Shown here one piece after another: positions 38,362-47,400 of a DNA stretch of 64,000 bases. The stretch spans positions 20,203-84,202 of the forward strand of contig CALFBP010000009.1 of the NCBI GenBank assembly GCA_937951625.1, given 5' to 3'. This stretch comes from an uncultured Thermoguttaceae bacterium (GTDB lineage: Bacteria > Planctomycetota > Planctomycetia > Pirellulales > Thermoguttaceae). The translations under genes were made by a program, and so were the position numbers. The notes under the pieces were generated by a model. That model saw only the letters and a program-made list of their open reading frames with translations. It did not search any database and was not told the DNA's origin. Numbering within the stretch: the stretch's first letter is position 1; the number at the start of each line of letters is the position of its first letter.

Positions 38362-38721
38362 GTGCTTCCGTTGGGTTTGTTCGACGGTCTCAGTCCCGTC
38401 ACGATGATTTTCCTGGGCGTCATTGCCGTGTTGCTGTTCGGAGAACAGTTGCCCGAGGTGGCTCGAACTTTCGGCAAGAAGTTCGCTGACTTTCGCAAAA
38501 ACATCCAAAGCATTCAGGACGAGATTCGATCGGCGGCAACGGCGGCGACCTCGGAATTCTCATCGGCGTTCGACGTGAATTCGCCCTCGGCGCAAACGGC
38601 CTCATCGTCTTCCACTGGCGTATCAACGCGAAAACGACGTTCGCCAAGTTCGGACCAAGACTATGAAGAGGCGACCGCGCCGAAGTTCGTGCCTCCGCCG
38701 CCTTCGGCGGAGGATTCTTAG
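38362..38721 (+). CDS. Second TatA/TatB-family translocase subunit.
   Basis: In the frame of track ORF 38020..38721, the sequence GLFDGLSPVTMIFLGVIAVLLFGEQLPEVARTFGKKFADFRKNIQSIQDEI is a TatA/B N-terminus. The start is probably GTG 38362 or TTG 38371, because an ATG further downstream would truncate the TM helix. The upstream part of the track ORF overlaps tatA in another frame. Confidence 0.6.
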   Translation: MLPLGLFDGLSPVTMIFLGVIAVLLFGEQLPEVARTFGKKFADFRKNIQSIQDEIRSAATAATSEFSSAFDVNSPSAQTASSSSTGVSTRKRRSPSSDQDYEEATAPKFVPPPPSAEDS

Positions 38722-39021
38722 AGCTTATCCCACAAGCCCCCCTCCCGTGCGCGGGAGAGAGGTTGGGGGTGAGGGTAACTGCAAGGCGGGCCTTTTTCCC
38801 GTCGTCTGCAAATATCTTGGGCCCGTAACCCGACCTTCTCCCATGGGCAGAGGGGACTTTTAGGATAGACATTGAGGGCGGGTTCTGAGCTCGTCGGGAA
38901 GGCGACATCGTCGCCGAAAAAACGCCTTTCTCGTACCGGCAAAAGGTCCGCATTGTCACATCGCCCCGGTAGACGTGCCGCACGCCGGCGGCCAAAGGCC
39001 TGCCATGGCGGAAAGTGCTTT

Positions 39022-39384
39022 TTAGGAGGCGAGGGCTTTGAGGGCGTCCTCTCGAGTGGGATAGATTTCCCAAAGGGCGTCGAACTTGGCGGCACGGATG
39101 ATTTCGTCGCCCAGCGGAGTCAATTGGCAGAGTGCGAGACGCCCGCCGTGCTGGTGGCCTTGTTTCCAGAGGGCATTCAGCTCGCTCAGAAATACGGAAC
39201 CGAAAAACGTGACCTTTTCCATGTCCACGAGCACATGGCGACACTGCCGCTGACGCACGTAGCACACGACCTGCTCCCACTCGCTCTGCACTTCCTGGCC
39301 GGACAAATTGCTGATCGGCCCCGTGGGCATCACGATCAAGATGTCAGCCTCCTGGCGGAAGGGGAAATACTTGGCGTTGGCCAT
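39022..39384 (-). CDS. STAS-domain anti-sigma-factor antagonist (SpoIIAA/RsbV-like).
   Basis: 120 aa. The sequence is ILIVMPTGPISNLSGQEVQSEWEQVV...HVLVDMEKVTFFGSVFLSELNALW. The Ser in FFGSVF (about S63) aligns with the phosphorylatable Ser of the DLSxVxFxDSSG motif. The start overlaps the upstream stop as TAATG. Confidence 0.7.
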   Translation of the reverse strand: MANAKYFPFRQEADILIVMPTGPISNLSGQEVQSEWEQVVCYVRQRQCRHVLVDMEKVTFFGSVFLSELNALWKQGHQHGGRLALCQLTPLGDEIIRAAKFDALWEIYPTREDALKALAS

Positions 39385-40301
39385 TATGAGTTCTCCGCAG
39401 GCTGGGGCACGGTCGCGGTCTTGCGTCGCTTGACCAAAGTGACCTCGCTGCCTGTCGCATCATAGGACACTTCATCCATGAAAGCCCGCATTAACAGCAG
39501 TCCGCGGCCACTCGCCCGCTCCAAGGCCGAGGGGTCGTCGGGATCTGGCAACTTCGATGGATCAAAACCGGGGCCCTCGTCGCGCACCACGAAGGTCGCT
39601 TGCTGGCGTGTGAAGTTAGCGCGAACAAAGATTTTCCGGTCGCGATAAGGCGGCTCGCTCCGTCGCTTGGCCACCAAGGCGTAGTAGGCCTGATCGTCTT
39701 CGCCGCGGAGCTCCGAGCCGACTTCCAGATTGCCATGGTACAGGGCATTGACCAGTGCCTCTTCCAAAGCCACGCCAATTCGGGTGACTTCCGACTCCTC
39801 GCAAAGCTCCATCTGAACGGCCACGTCTTGAAGGTAAGCAATGAGCGATTCTATAAGCTCCACATCGTTGCCGAGGACGAAGCTGCAATGTTGTTCCGTC
39901 ATGCAGCCCAAGAGACGAGCCTTGACCTGACGCCTGCTGGAGACGGCCAAGACCCGCCGCACGGTCTCCGCAAGTTCTTGGAACAAAAGACGTTTCGGAA
40001 CATAACTGGCCGCGCCCGCGTGCAGTGCCCGAACGGCGATCTCCTCTGTACCTTTGGAGGTCATCAGGATCACCGGAATGTCGGGGTGTCGGCTACGCAT
40101 GGTCGCGACGAGTTCTAAACCATCCATGCCCGGCATGACAAGATCGGTGACGACCAGATCGATCTCCTCCTGTTGAAGCTTGTCGAGGGCTAAGTTTCCG
40201 TTACCGGCGTAGTGAATCACAAACTGACCATCGGGCTCCAGCAATCCCCCGGCAAGAACGCGGTCCAAAGGCGAATCGTCCACAATCAGGATTTTGGGCA
40301 T
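39384..40301 (-). CDS. Fusion of a response-regulator receiver domain with an RsbW/SpoIIAB-like HATPase (anti-sigma serine kinase) domain.
   Basis: 305 aa. The REC domain has KILIVDDSPLD...IDLVVTDLVMPGMDGLELV...VILMTSKG...YVPK. The C-terminal GHKL domain has the N-box EEALVNALYHGN, then VVRDEGPGFD and GRGLLLMRAFMDEVSY. Confidence 0.75.
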   Translation of the reverse strand: MPKILIVDDSPLDRVLAGGLLEPDGQFVIHYAGNGNLALDKLQQEEIDLVVTDLVMPGMDGLELVATMRSRHPDIPVILMTSKGTEEIAVRALHAGAASYVPKRLLFQELAETVRRVLAVSSRRQVKARLLGCMTEQHCSFVLGNDVELIESLIAYLQDVAVQMELCEESEVTRIGVALEEALVNALYHGNLEVGSELRGEDDQAYYALVAKRRSEPPYRDRKIFVRANFTRQQATFVVRDEGPGFDPSKLPDPDDPSALERASGRGLLLMRAFMDEVSYDATGSEVTLVKRRKTATVPQPAENS

Positions 40302-40319
40302 AATACCCCCCCGGGGTGG

Positions 40320-43300
40320 CTATAATGCGATCTCTCGGGCAGTCTGCTCAAGCCCTGAGGTTGCTCCCTTCCCTTGCCGATACTGCTCCAGTTCCGCAAT
40401 CGCCTTGCCCAGAAGCCGGTCGAGATCGGCCAACGGTTCAGCCACCCCGCGCAAATCGGAAGCTCGCCCCATTTTCTCCAATTGGAGCGCTAGTTCAAAC
40501 CCAATTTGAATGCCGAAGTAACCCAGAGAGGTTTTTAAGGTATGGGCGGGTTGAACCAAACTGGCCGCGTCCGAACGGTCCACGGCATCATGAATGGCTG
40601 CCAGAAGCCGGGGACTCTCGACCAAGAACATCTCCACGACCTCCTGAAGCAAGTCGCGGTCGCCACCGACCGTGCGCAAGGCAACCTGCCAATTGACGAC
40701 TTCGCCGAGAGGGAGGCCGCTGGAGTCGATCGCGGAGAGGGAACCGGAATCGAACAATGTTGGGGCGGGGAGAGGCGAGGCCGCGGCGGATGAGGCGGCC
40801 GGAGCACCAACCGAGACGGGCGAGGCCGCACGCTCACCCTCCGACGCTGTACTCGCCCCTGACGGAGCCGGAATCCCCCCCACCACGCGGTCGATCGTCT
40901 CAAACAACTGCCGGGTCCGAACCGGTTTGGAAAGATACTCGTCCATACCCGCCTCCAGGCACCGTTCGCGGTCGCCCTGGAGTACATGCGCGGTCATCGC
41001 CACGATCGGGGTGTGGGATTTGCGATGCCGTTCCGCGCGGCGAATGGCCATGCTGGCTTCCAAACCGTCCATTTCGGGCATTTGAATGTCCATGAGGATC
41101 AGATCGAAAGGCTCCGCCAAGAAGGCCGTGACCGCCTCGCGTCCGCTGTTGGCCACCACCACCTGATGACCGCGACGTTCCAACAGCGCTCGCACCAGCT
41201 TCTGGTTCACCAGGCTATCCTCGGCCAAAAGGACTTTGAGCGGTCGGCGGGCGGGTGGGGGGGCTTGGGACGCCGCGTTCCCTGGCTCCTCCTCCGCCGT
41301 GGAGACGCCCAAGGCCAAGATGAGCGCGTCAAACAATTCCGAGGGCTTCACCGGCTTCAACAAGTAAGCCGCTACGCGAAGCTGCTCGCACCGCGTGATG
41401 TCGCCCACGCGATCGCCCGACGCCAACATCATGATGATTGTCGCCGAAGCGTCCACCTCCTGCCGCACCTGCTCGACAAGGCAAAAACCGTCGGTTTCGG
41501 GCATGGAAGCGTCGATGAGCAGGAGGCGGTAAGGCCGTTGGGCGGCAGTCGCCTCGCGAAGCATGTTGACGGCCTCAGCGGCCCCGGAGGCCAGCGAGGG
41601 CTCCAGCCCCCAAAGGGTCAGCAGTTCCGCCAAAATCTGGCGGGTCGTGGCGTTGTCGTCGACGACCAATACGCGGGTCCCCTGAAGGGACGTGGAAGTA
41701 GGCTCGGAGACTTCTGGGGCCGCTTGTTCCGGGAGTCCAAACCGCACCGTGAAATGAAAGCTGCTCCCCCGGCCAACCTCGCTGTCGACGGTAATCGTCC
41801 CTCCCATCAACTCGACGAGCCGGGAGGAGATGGCCAAGCCCAAGCCTGTGCCACCGAATTTTCGCGTCGTCGTGCTGTCGCCCTGGACAAACGCCCCAAA
41901 AATCGCCGCCTGTTTCTCCCGCGAAATCCCGATGCCCGTGTCGGACACCGTGAACCGCAGCATGACTTCGCCGGGCGAAGAGTCTTGGCGGGCTACCTCC
42001 ACGACGATCTCGCCGCGATTGGTGAATTTGATCGCATTGCCAACGAGATTGACGATGATCTGCCGCAGCCGCGTGGCATCGCCCAGTACCACCTCCGGCA
42101 CGCCAGGGTGGATCCAGCAGCTCAATTCCAGGCCCTTGCGATGGGCTCGGTGGGCAAGCGACTTGAGCGTATCGCCGAGGCTTTCGTGCAGCTCGAAAGG
42201 GCTGCGGTCCAGTTCCAGTTTGCCGGCCTCGATCTTGGAGAAATCGAGGATGTCGCTCACCAACGACAACAAGGACTCGCCCGACTCGCGGATGACCGTC
42301 AAATACTCGCGTTGTTCGGCGGTCAGGGGCGTGTCGAGCACCAGTTCCGTCATGCCCAAGATGGCGTTGAGCGGGGTGCGGATTTCGTGGCTCATGTTGG
42401 CCAAAAAGGCGCTTTTGGCGCGATTGGCGGCCTCGGCGGCCTCCTTGGCGGCGGCCAAGTGGTTTTCGGCCCACTTCCGCGAGGTCACATCCCAGAAGAC
42501 AGCCTGCGTGCCCACGATCTTGCCCGCCGCGTCCCGCACCGCCGACTTCATCACGTGGACATAGCGCGTCTCTCCTGCCTTCTCGTACTCCTCGATGTCC
42601 TCGAACAGTTCGCCCGTGGCGGCGACGCGGGCATCGTCCCGGCGATATTTTTGGGCCAGCTCCGCCGGATAGAAATCGAAATCGGTCTTGCCGAGGATTT
42701 CGTCCAGATTCTTGCCTAGGAGCTGACAGAACGACTTGTTGGCGAAGGTGAAACGGCCCTCGAGGTCTTTCCGGAGCACTTGGACGGGGAGGTTTTCCAC
42801 GAGCGACGAATACAGGGCCTCGGAATCTCGCAGCACCTTGTCGGCGTGGAGGCGGTCGGCGACCTCTTGGGCGAGTTTGTCGTTGGCTTGCTGGAGTTCC
42901 AAGGTGCGTTCGACGACCAATCGCTCGACCTCGGCCGTCTGGTTGACGAGGGACCGGACATAGGCGGCCGTAAGCAGGGTGAGCATCAGGCCGGCCAGGA
43001 TCACGCTGGCGGGAAGCCACGTCCTGCGTTGAGCCAGGTAGGCCTCGCTCGCCACGGCCAGCATCGTCCATCGTCGCCCAAACCGTTCGAGTTCCACTTC
43101 GTGAATCAATCCGCCGGACACGGTCAAGCCGAGGTCTCCGGCCAGGGCGGCTCGCCTTCGGGCTGCGGACGGCCAGGAGTACACGATCTCGCGGCCCGAT
43201 GGCGTGGCGCTTGCCAGATGGATGTCGATGCCTCCCGCTTCTTCGCCACCCATCGCCTCGCGCATGACGGCGTCGAAATAAAAACCGCCGATCACCGCGC

Positions 43301-44063
43301 CCTCGGAGCAGATGTCGCGATGGTTTCCCCCGCGGGCTTTCGCGGCCTTGGAGCGGATCGGGCGGACAACGAAAACGCCTTGGGAATCGGCGAGGGGAGG
43401 CTCCAGGGGCAAGGATTCCGTGACAACGAGCTGGTCCGTGTCACATGCCTCACGGAGGGCCGCGCGGAGTGGGGCGATCGCAAACAAGTCCAAGCCCAGT
43501 CCCAAGCACCGGGCATCGGATGGTTCCGCGTACCAGACCGGGAAGTAAACGTCGCGATCGGGCGCCACCGTAGGGTTTCCTCCCGGCCCACGTTCCCACA
43601 CGCGAAACTGCGACAACCCCAGGTTGCGCGGGTCCTTCTCGGCGCGAACCTCCCGCTCGCGGTCCGCGCGCTGCTCGCCCCGCACTAGCGCCCCCACCGC
43701 AAGAACTGCTAACCCGCCACTGCGTCTGAGGAATACCTGAGCGAAGTCATGGAACTCCTCGCGGGTCACCTCGTCGGAGCTGATGTAAAGGGCGGCCACC
43801 GCATCGACGACCGCTAAATTGGCCTCGATTTGCCGCTGAACCGCGCTCGCCCGCTGCTCGCAATCCAAATGAAAGAGCGTCTCCACGCGACGATTTTCCA
43901 CTTCCCAAACCAGGTAGCTGATCGTCGCGGTCAGCGAGATTCCGGCTAGCATTACGGCGAACAACAATCGACGCCGACACGGTCTGCGGTCCGACATTGC
44001 CGGCGCGCCGCTGATTTCTGCATTCTTTAACTCGGCCCGGGATGGGCGATCGAACCAAGACAT
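40320..44063 (-). CDS. Hybrid sensor histidine kinase with the order TM-CHASE-TM-PAS-HisKA-HATPase-REC-REC-Hpt.
   Basis: 1247 aa. The CHASE-like periplasmic region is flanked by hydrophobic helices (LLFAVMLAGISLTATISYLVW; WLPASVILAGLMLTLLTAAYV). The H-box is [22 protein letters not shown]. The ATPase has VGNAIKFT, DTGIGI and GGTGLGLAIS. The two receivers have VLVVDDNATTRQ...LIDASMPETDG and [12 protein letters not shown]...LILMDIQMPEMDG. The Hpt motif is AHTLKTSLGYFG. Confidence 0.9.
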   Translation of the reverse strand: MSWFDRPSRAELKNAEISGAPAMSDRRPCRRRLLFAVMLAGISLTATISYLVWEVENRRVETLFHLDCEQRASAVQRQIEANLAVVDAVAALYISSDEVTREEFHDFAQVFLRRSGGLAVLAVGALVRGEQRADREREVRAEKDPRNLGLSQFRVWERGPGGNPTVAPDRDVYFPVWYAEPSDARCLGLGLDLFAIAPLRAALREACDTDQLVVTESLPLEPPLADSQGVFVVRPIRSKAAKARGGNHRDICSEGAVIGGFYFDAVMREAMGGEEAGGIDIHLASATPSGREIVYSWPSAARRRAALAGDLGLTVSGGLIHEVELERFGRRWTMLAVASEAYLAQRRTWLPASVILAGLMLTLLTAAYVRSLVNQTAEVERLVVERTLELQQANDKLAQEVADRLHADKVLRDSEALYSSLVENLPVQVLRKDLEGRFTFANKSFCQLLGKNLDEILGKTDFDFYPAELAQKYRRDDARVAATGELFEDIEEYEKAGETRYVHVMKSAVRDAAGKIVGTQAVFWDVTSRKWAENHLAAAKEAAEAANRAKSAFLANMSHEIRTPLNAILGMTELVLDTPLTAEQREYLTVIRESGESLLSLVSDILDFSKIEAGKLELDRSPFELHESLGDTLKSLAHRAHRKGLELSCWIHPGVPEVVLGDATRLRQIIVNLVGNAIKFTNRGEIVVEVARQDSSPGEVMLRFTVSDTGIGISREKQAAIFGAFVQGDSTTTRKFGGTGLGLAISSRLVELMGGTITVDSEVGRGSSFHFTVRFGLPEQAAPEVSEPTSTSLQGTRVLVVDDNATTRQILAELLTLWGLEPSLASGAAEAVNMLREATAAQRPYRLLLIDASMPETDGFCLVEQVRQEVDASATIIMMLASGDRVGDITRCEQLRVAAYLLKPVKPSELFDALILALGVSTAEEEPGNAASQAPPPARRPLKVLLAEDSLVNQKLVRALLERRGHQVVVANSGREAVTAFLAEPFDLILMDIQMPEMDGLEASMAIRRAERHRKSHTPIVAMTAHVLQGDRERCLEAGMDEYLSKPVRTRQLFETIDRVVGGIPAPSGASTASEGERAASPVSVGAPAASSAAASPLPAPTLFDSGSLSAIDSSGLPLGEVVNWQVALRTVGGDRDLLQEVVEMFLVESPRLLAAIHDAVDRSDAASLVQPAHTLKTSLGYFGIQIGFELALQLEKMGRASDLRGVAEPLADLDRLLGKAIAELEQYRQGKGATSGLEQTAREIAL

Positions 44064-44470
44064 GAGAACTCACGGCCGGGGAAATCCCGTCATCGTAAAC
44101 GTTCCTGAGAGCTGTCGCAATTTTCCAGGCGAAGCCAAAAGAATGGAATCATCCCCTTCGCCATCAGCGGCCTTGTCAACGGATACCCGTCTCCCTCACA
44201 ATTATAGGTCAAGAGGCCGCCTTCACAATCCCCGGAATCCCGGCGGCGGCCAAAGCAGGAATCCGCGGACTGCGGCCTAAAAACCGAGCGGACAGGGAGT
44301 TCTTTTCGTAAAACCGCGAGAATTGGAATTGCCCGGGCGCCATCGGGGCGTCGCGGAATTGCTGAAATTGCCCCCATCCAGAATCGCGCCACGGCCAAAT
44401 TGCACGACGGCGAGAATCCCGCTATGGTGGCAATTGCAAAGCGTCTTGGCACGCAAGAAAGGGGTCGCAT

Positions 44471-47400
44471 ATGTCGAGGAAGCAGCCAGGCGGACTCGCC
44501 GTGTTGGCAGCGGCGGCCTGGGCCGCGATGGGGGCCGCGTCCGCTGCGCCGGCGGAACACTCGGAAGTGCGAAACGACTGGTATTTCCGCGAGTCGCTCC
44601 GGGCGATTCGCGATTGGGAGGCCGTGCTGGCAAGGTGGGAACGCGACAAGTCTCCCCTGGCCGCCGCGCCGGCTTTTCCTATCGCCGCCAACGGCGATCC
44701 GCTCCAATGGCCCAACCCGTTTCCGCTCCGGCTCCTACCCGTGGAAGACCGGGGGAGAGGAATTCGTTTGCGGCTGAAGGACGGGCAAGTGGCGGTCGAG
44801 CGACTCGCCGCCGGACAGCCCCTGAAACGCGAGACGCTGGCTTACGGCGACTCTCTTGTCGCATACAAGCATCCGGGCGGGGGAGGAAAAGACCAGTGGT
44901 ATCATGCCTACCATCGCCGTTTCGACCGCTTGAGCCAGTTCACGGTCAAGCCTTCGCCGCTGGCCATTCAGCTCGACGCGCCGCTGGATTTCGGCCGCGG
45001 CAGTCATGAGCTTGTTCTGTCATTGCGCAATATCGGCGACCGCCCGCTTTCGCTCACGGCCTCCGCCGATTGGCACGGGCCCGACAAGGTCCGCCCCTGC
45101 GGCCAACACACCATCTCGCTAGCCGCTGGGGCAACGCACGCCGCTCGATTTCCTATCACTTTGGACCGCGAAGGCGGCGGCATCGTCGCCATCCGGCTGG
45201 AGTGGGACGGCGAATCCTCGTGGTTCCCGATGTTGACCTACGTGGAAGATGTCTCCGCGGTGCTGACAAGCATCGCGCAAATCCTCGACGACACGCCTGA
45301 CGACACCGCCGGTAGAGAACTCGCCTCGCTGCGGGAGCGGGCGGCCGCGTTTTCGCGGGCCTCGACAAATCCAGGACACGAAGACGCCGCTTGGCGGACG
45401 CTGTTCGAGCAGGCCAGCCGTCTTCGCGATCGGCTGCTTTTGAGCCGATTGAAGTTCCACACGCTCCTTTTCGTCAAACGCAAGCCGTACTTCTCGGAGC
45501 AGCCCTTCATGGATGCCCATCACCTGTTCAATCGACCGGGCGGCGGCATCTATCGGCTCTCACCGGTGCGGCCCGACGGCAGGGTGACGCCGGTAGTCGA
45601 TTCGCTCGGCGAGGGCATCTATCGCGATGTGTGCCTCCACTGGGATGCCCAACGGCTGCTGTTTTCTTTCGGGAACGGCTCGGACGATTGGGATGGTCAA
45701 CAGAGTTATCACATTTACGAAATCGGCGTCGATGGCTCTCGCCTCCGACAGCTCACGTTCGGTCCGAAGAACGATTGCGAGCCATTCTATCTGCCGAACG
45801 GGCAGATCGGCTTTACTTCGGACCGTTCGGAACATTTCGTGATGTGCGGCGGCGACCGGCACGCGCCCACGCTGTTCGTGATGGAGGCCGACGGGTCGGG
45901 CGTGCGTCAACTGAGCTTCAACGTCTTCAATGATTTCACGCCCACAGTCCTGCCGGACGGCCGCATCCTATATAGCCGTTGGGAATACAACGAGCGCTCG
46001 GTGACTTCGCTGCACAATCCGTTCACGATGAACCCGGATGGCACGATGGTCCAGCCTTACTACGGCAACGCCACGATCCGGCCCAACGTGGTCATGTTCT
46101 CACGGCCGGTGCCCGAGAGCCACAAAATCATGGCCCTGTTCACCGCGCATCACGGCCAGACGCACGGGGCGGTGGGGCTGATCGACGCGCGTCGAGGGAT
46201 CGACGGCGAGGAGCCATTGACCGTGCTCACGCCTCACGTGCCGATCATGGGGGAGAAGGCGGAAGACAGCGCCTACGGCTGGTTCAGCGATCCGATGCCA
46301 CTTTCGGAGAACACCTGGCTCTGCTCGTACACGCCCACGGTGCTGCCTTGGTTGGAGCGGAGTTGGGCCTTGTACGTGGCCGACCGGCACGGCAACTTGG
46401 CCTTGGTGTATCGGGACCCGGCGATTTCGTGTGCCGAACCTGTGCCGTTGGTCCCTCGCCCGCGACCCCACGTGCTTCCTCCCGCCCCAGCGGACACCGA
46501 CTCGACCTCGGCCGAGGCGACGCTTTTGCTGGCTGACGTTTACCGCGGCTTGACCGGGGTGCCCCGCGGCACGGCGAAGCACCTCCGCATCCTGGAGGAC
46601 GTGCCGCGCAAAGGCGTCAAGACCGGCGGGGTGATTTGCACCTCCGGCACGCTGATTTTCACGATCAAGCGAGTGTTCGGTACGGTGCCGATCGAAGCGG
46701 ATGGCTCCGCGCATTTCACGGTGCCCGCCAACCGCAATCTGTATTTCGCGGTCCTCGACGAGAACTTCCAAGAGATTCAGCGGATGCGGAGCGTGGTGTG
46801 CCTGAAGCCGAACGAGGTCCGCGGCTGTATTGGCTGTCATGAGTCGCGCAATCAGGCCCCGCCCTCGGTCCGGTTCCTCGCGGCCCATCGGCCGCCGAGC
46901 CGTCCGCAACCGCCGCCCTGGGGCACGAAAACGGTGAGTTATCTCCGCGACGTTCAACCGATTCTCAACGCCAAGTGCATCGCGTGCCACACCTACGATC
47001 GGGAAAAGAACAAGGTCATCCTGACCGACGATTTGACCAATCGATTCACCATCGGTTACGAGGAACTCCTGCCGTACTTGACGGTGGCCATCGCCGATCG
47101 TTGGGACCATCCCGACGATGTGCTGCCGCGGCCGCCTTACACCTACGGCTCGAAGGTCTCGCCGCTCACGAAAATCCTTGCTGCCGGACATCACGGCGTT
47201 CAGCTTACGGAGGAAGATTGGCAGCGGCTGGTGACGTGGATCGATTGCAACGGGGTGTACTACGACCGGTACGAGAACGATCACTATCCCAATCGGCGGA
47301 TTTTCGCGGGCGAACCCCAGGAAGCGGCACAACAGATCGTGGCCCGACGCTGCGGCCACTGCCACGACAGCGACGATGGCCAGGGCGATACCTGGTGGTT

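Noticed and set aside
38735-38775. A perfect hairpin, CTCCCG-TGCG-CGGGAG, followed by GAGAGGTTGGGGGTGAGGG. It resembles REP-like intergenic palindromes seen in many high-G+C genomes.
   Set aside because: - I could find only one copy in the 64 kb, so it cannot be called a repeat family from this window.
- No U-tract follows, so it is not a clear intrinsic terminator for the tat genes.
41575-43071. A 498-aa ORF on the same strand as the hybrid kinase but in a different frame.
   Set aside because: It is an alternative-frame artefact inside a gene whose annotated frame carries the H-box, N/G-boxes and receiver motifs. Its translation is Arg/Gly/Pro-rich with no motifs.
44425-44460. Sigma54-like strings (TGGCAATTGCAAAGC and TTGGCACGCAAG) upstream of the CxxCH/NPCBM gene.
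   Set aside because: - The -12 element does not match TTGC at the correct spacing.
- The second string abuts the ribosome-binding site.
- No enhancer-binding protein gene is nearby.
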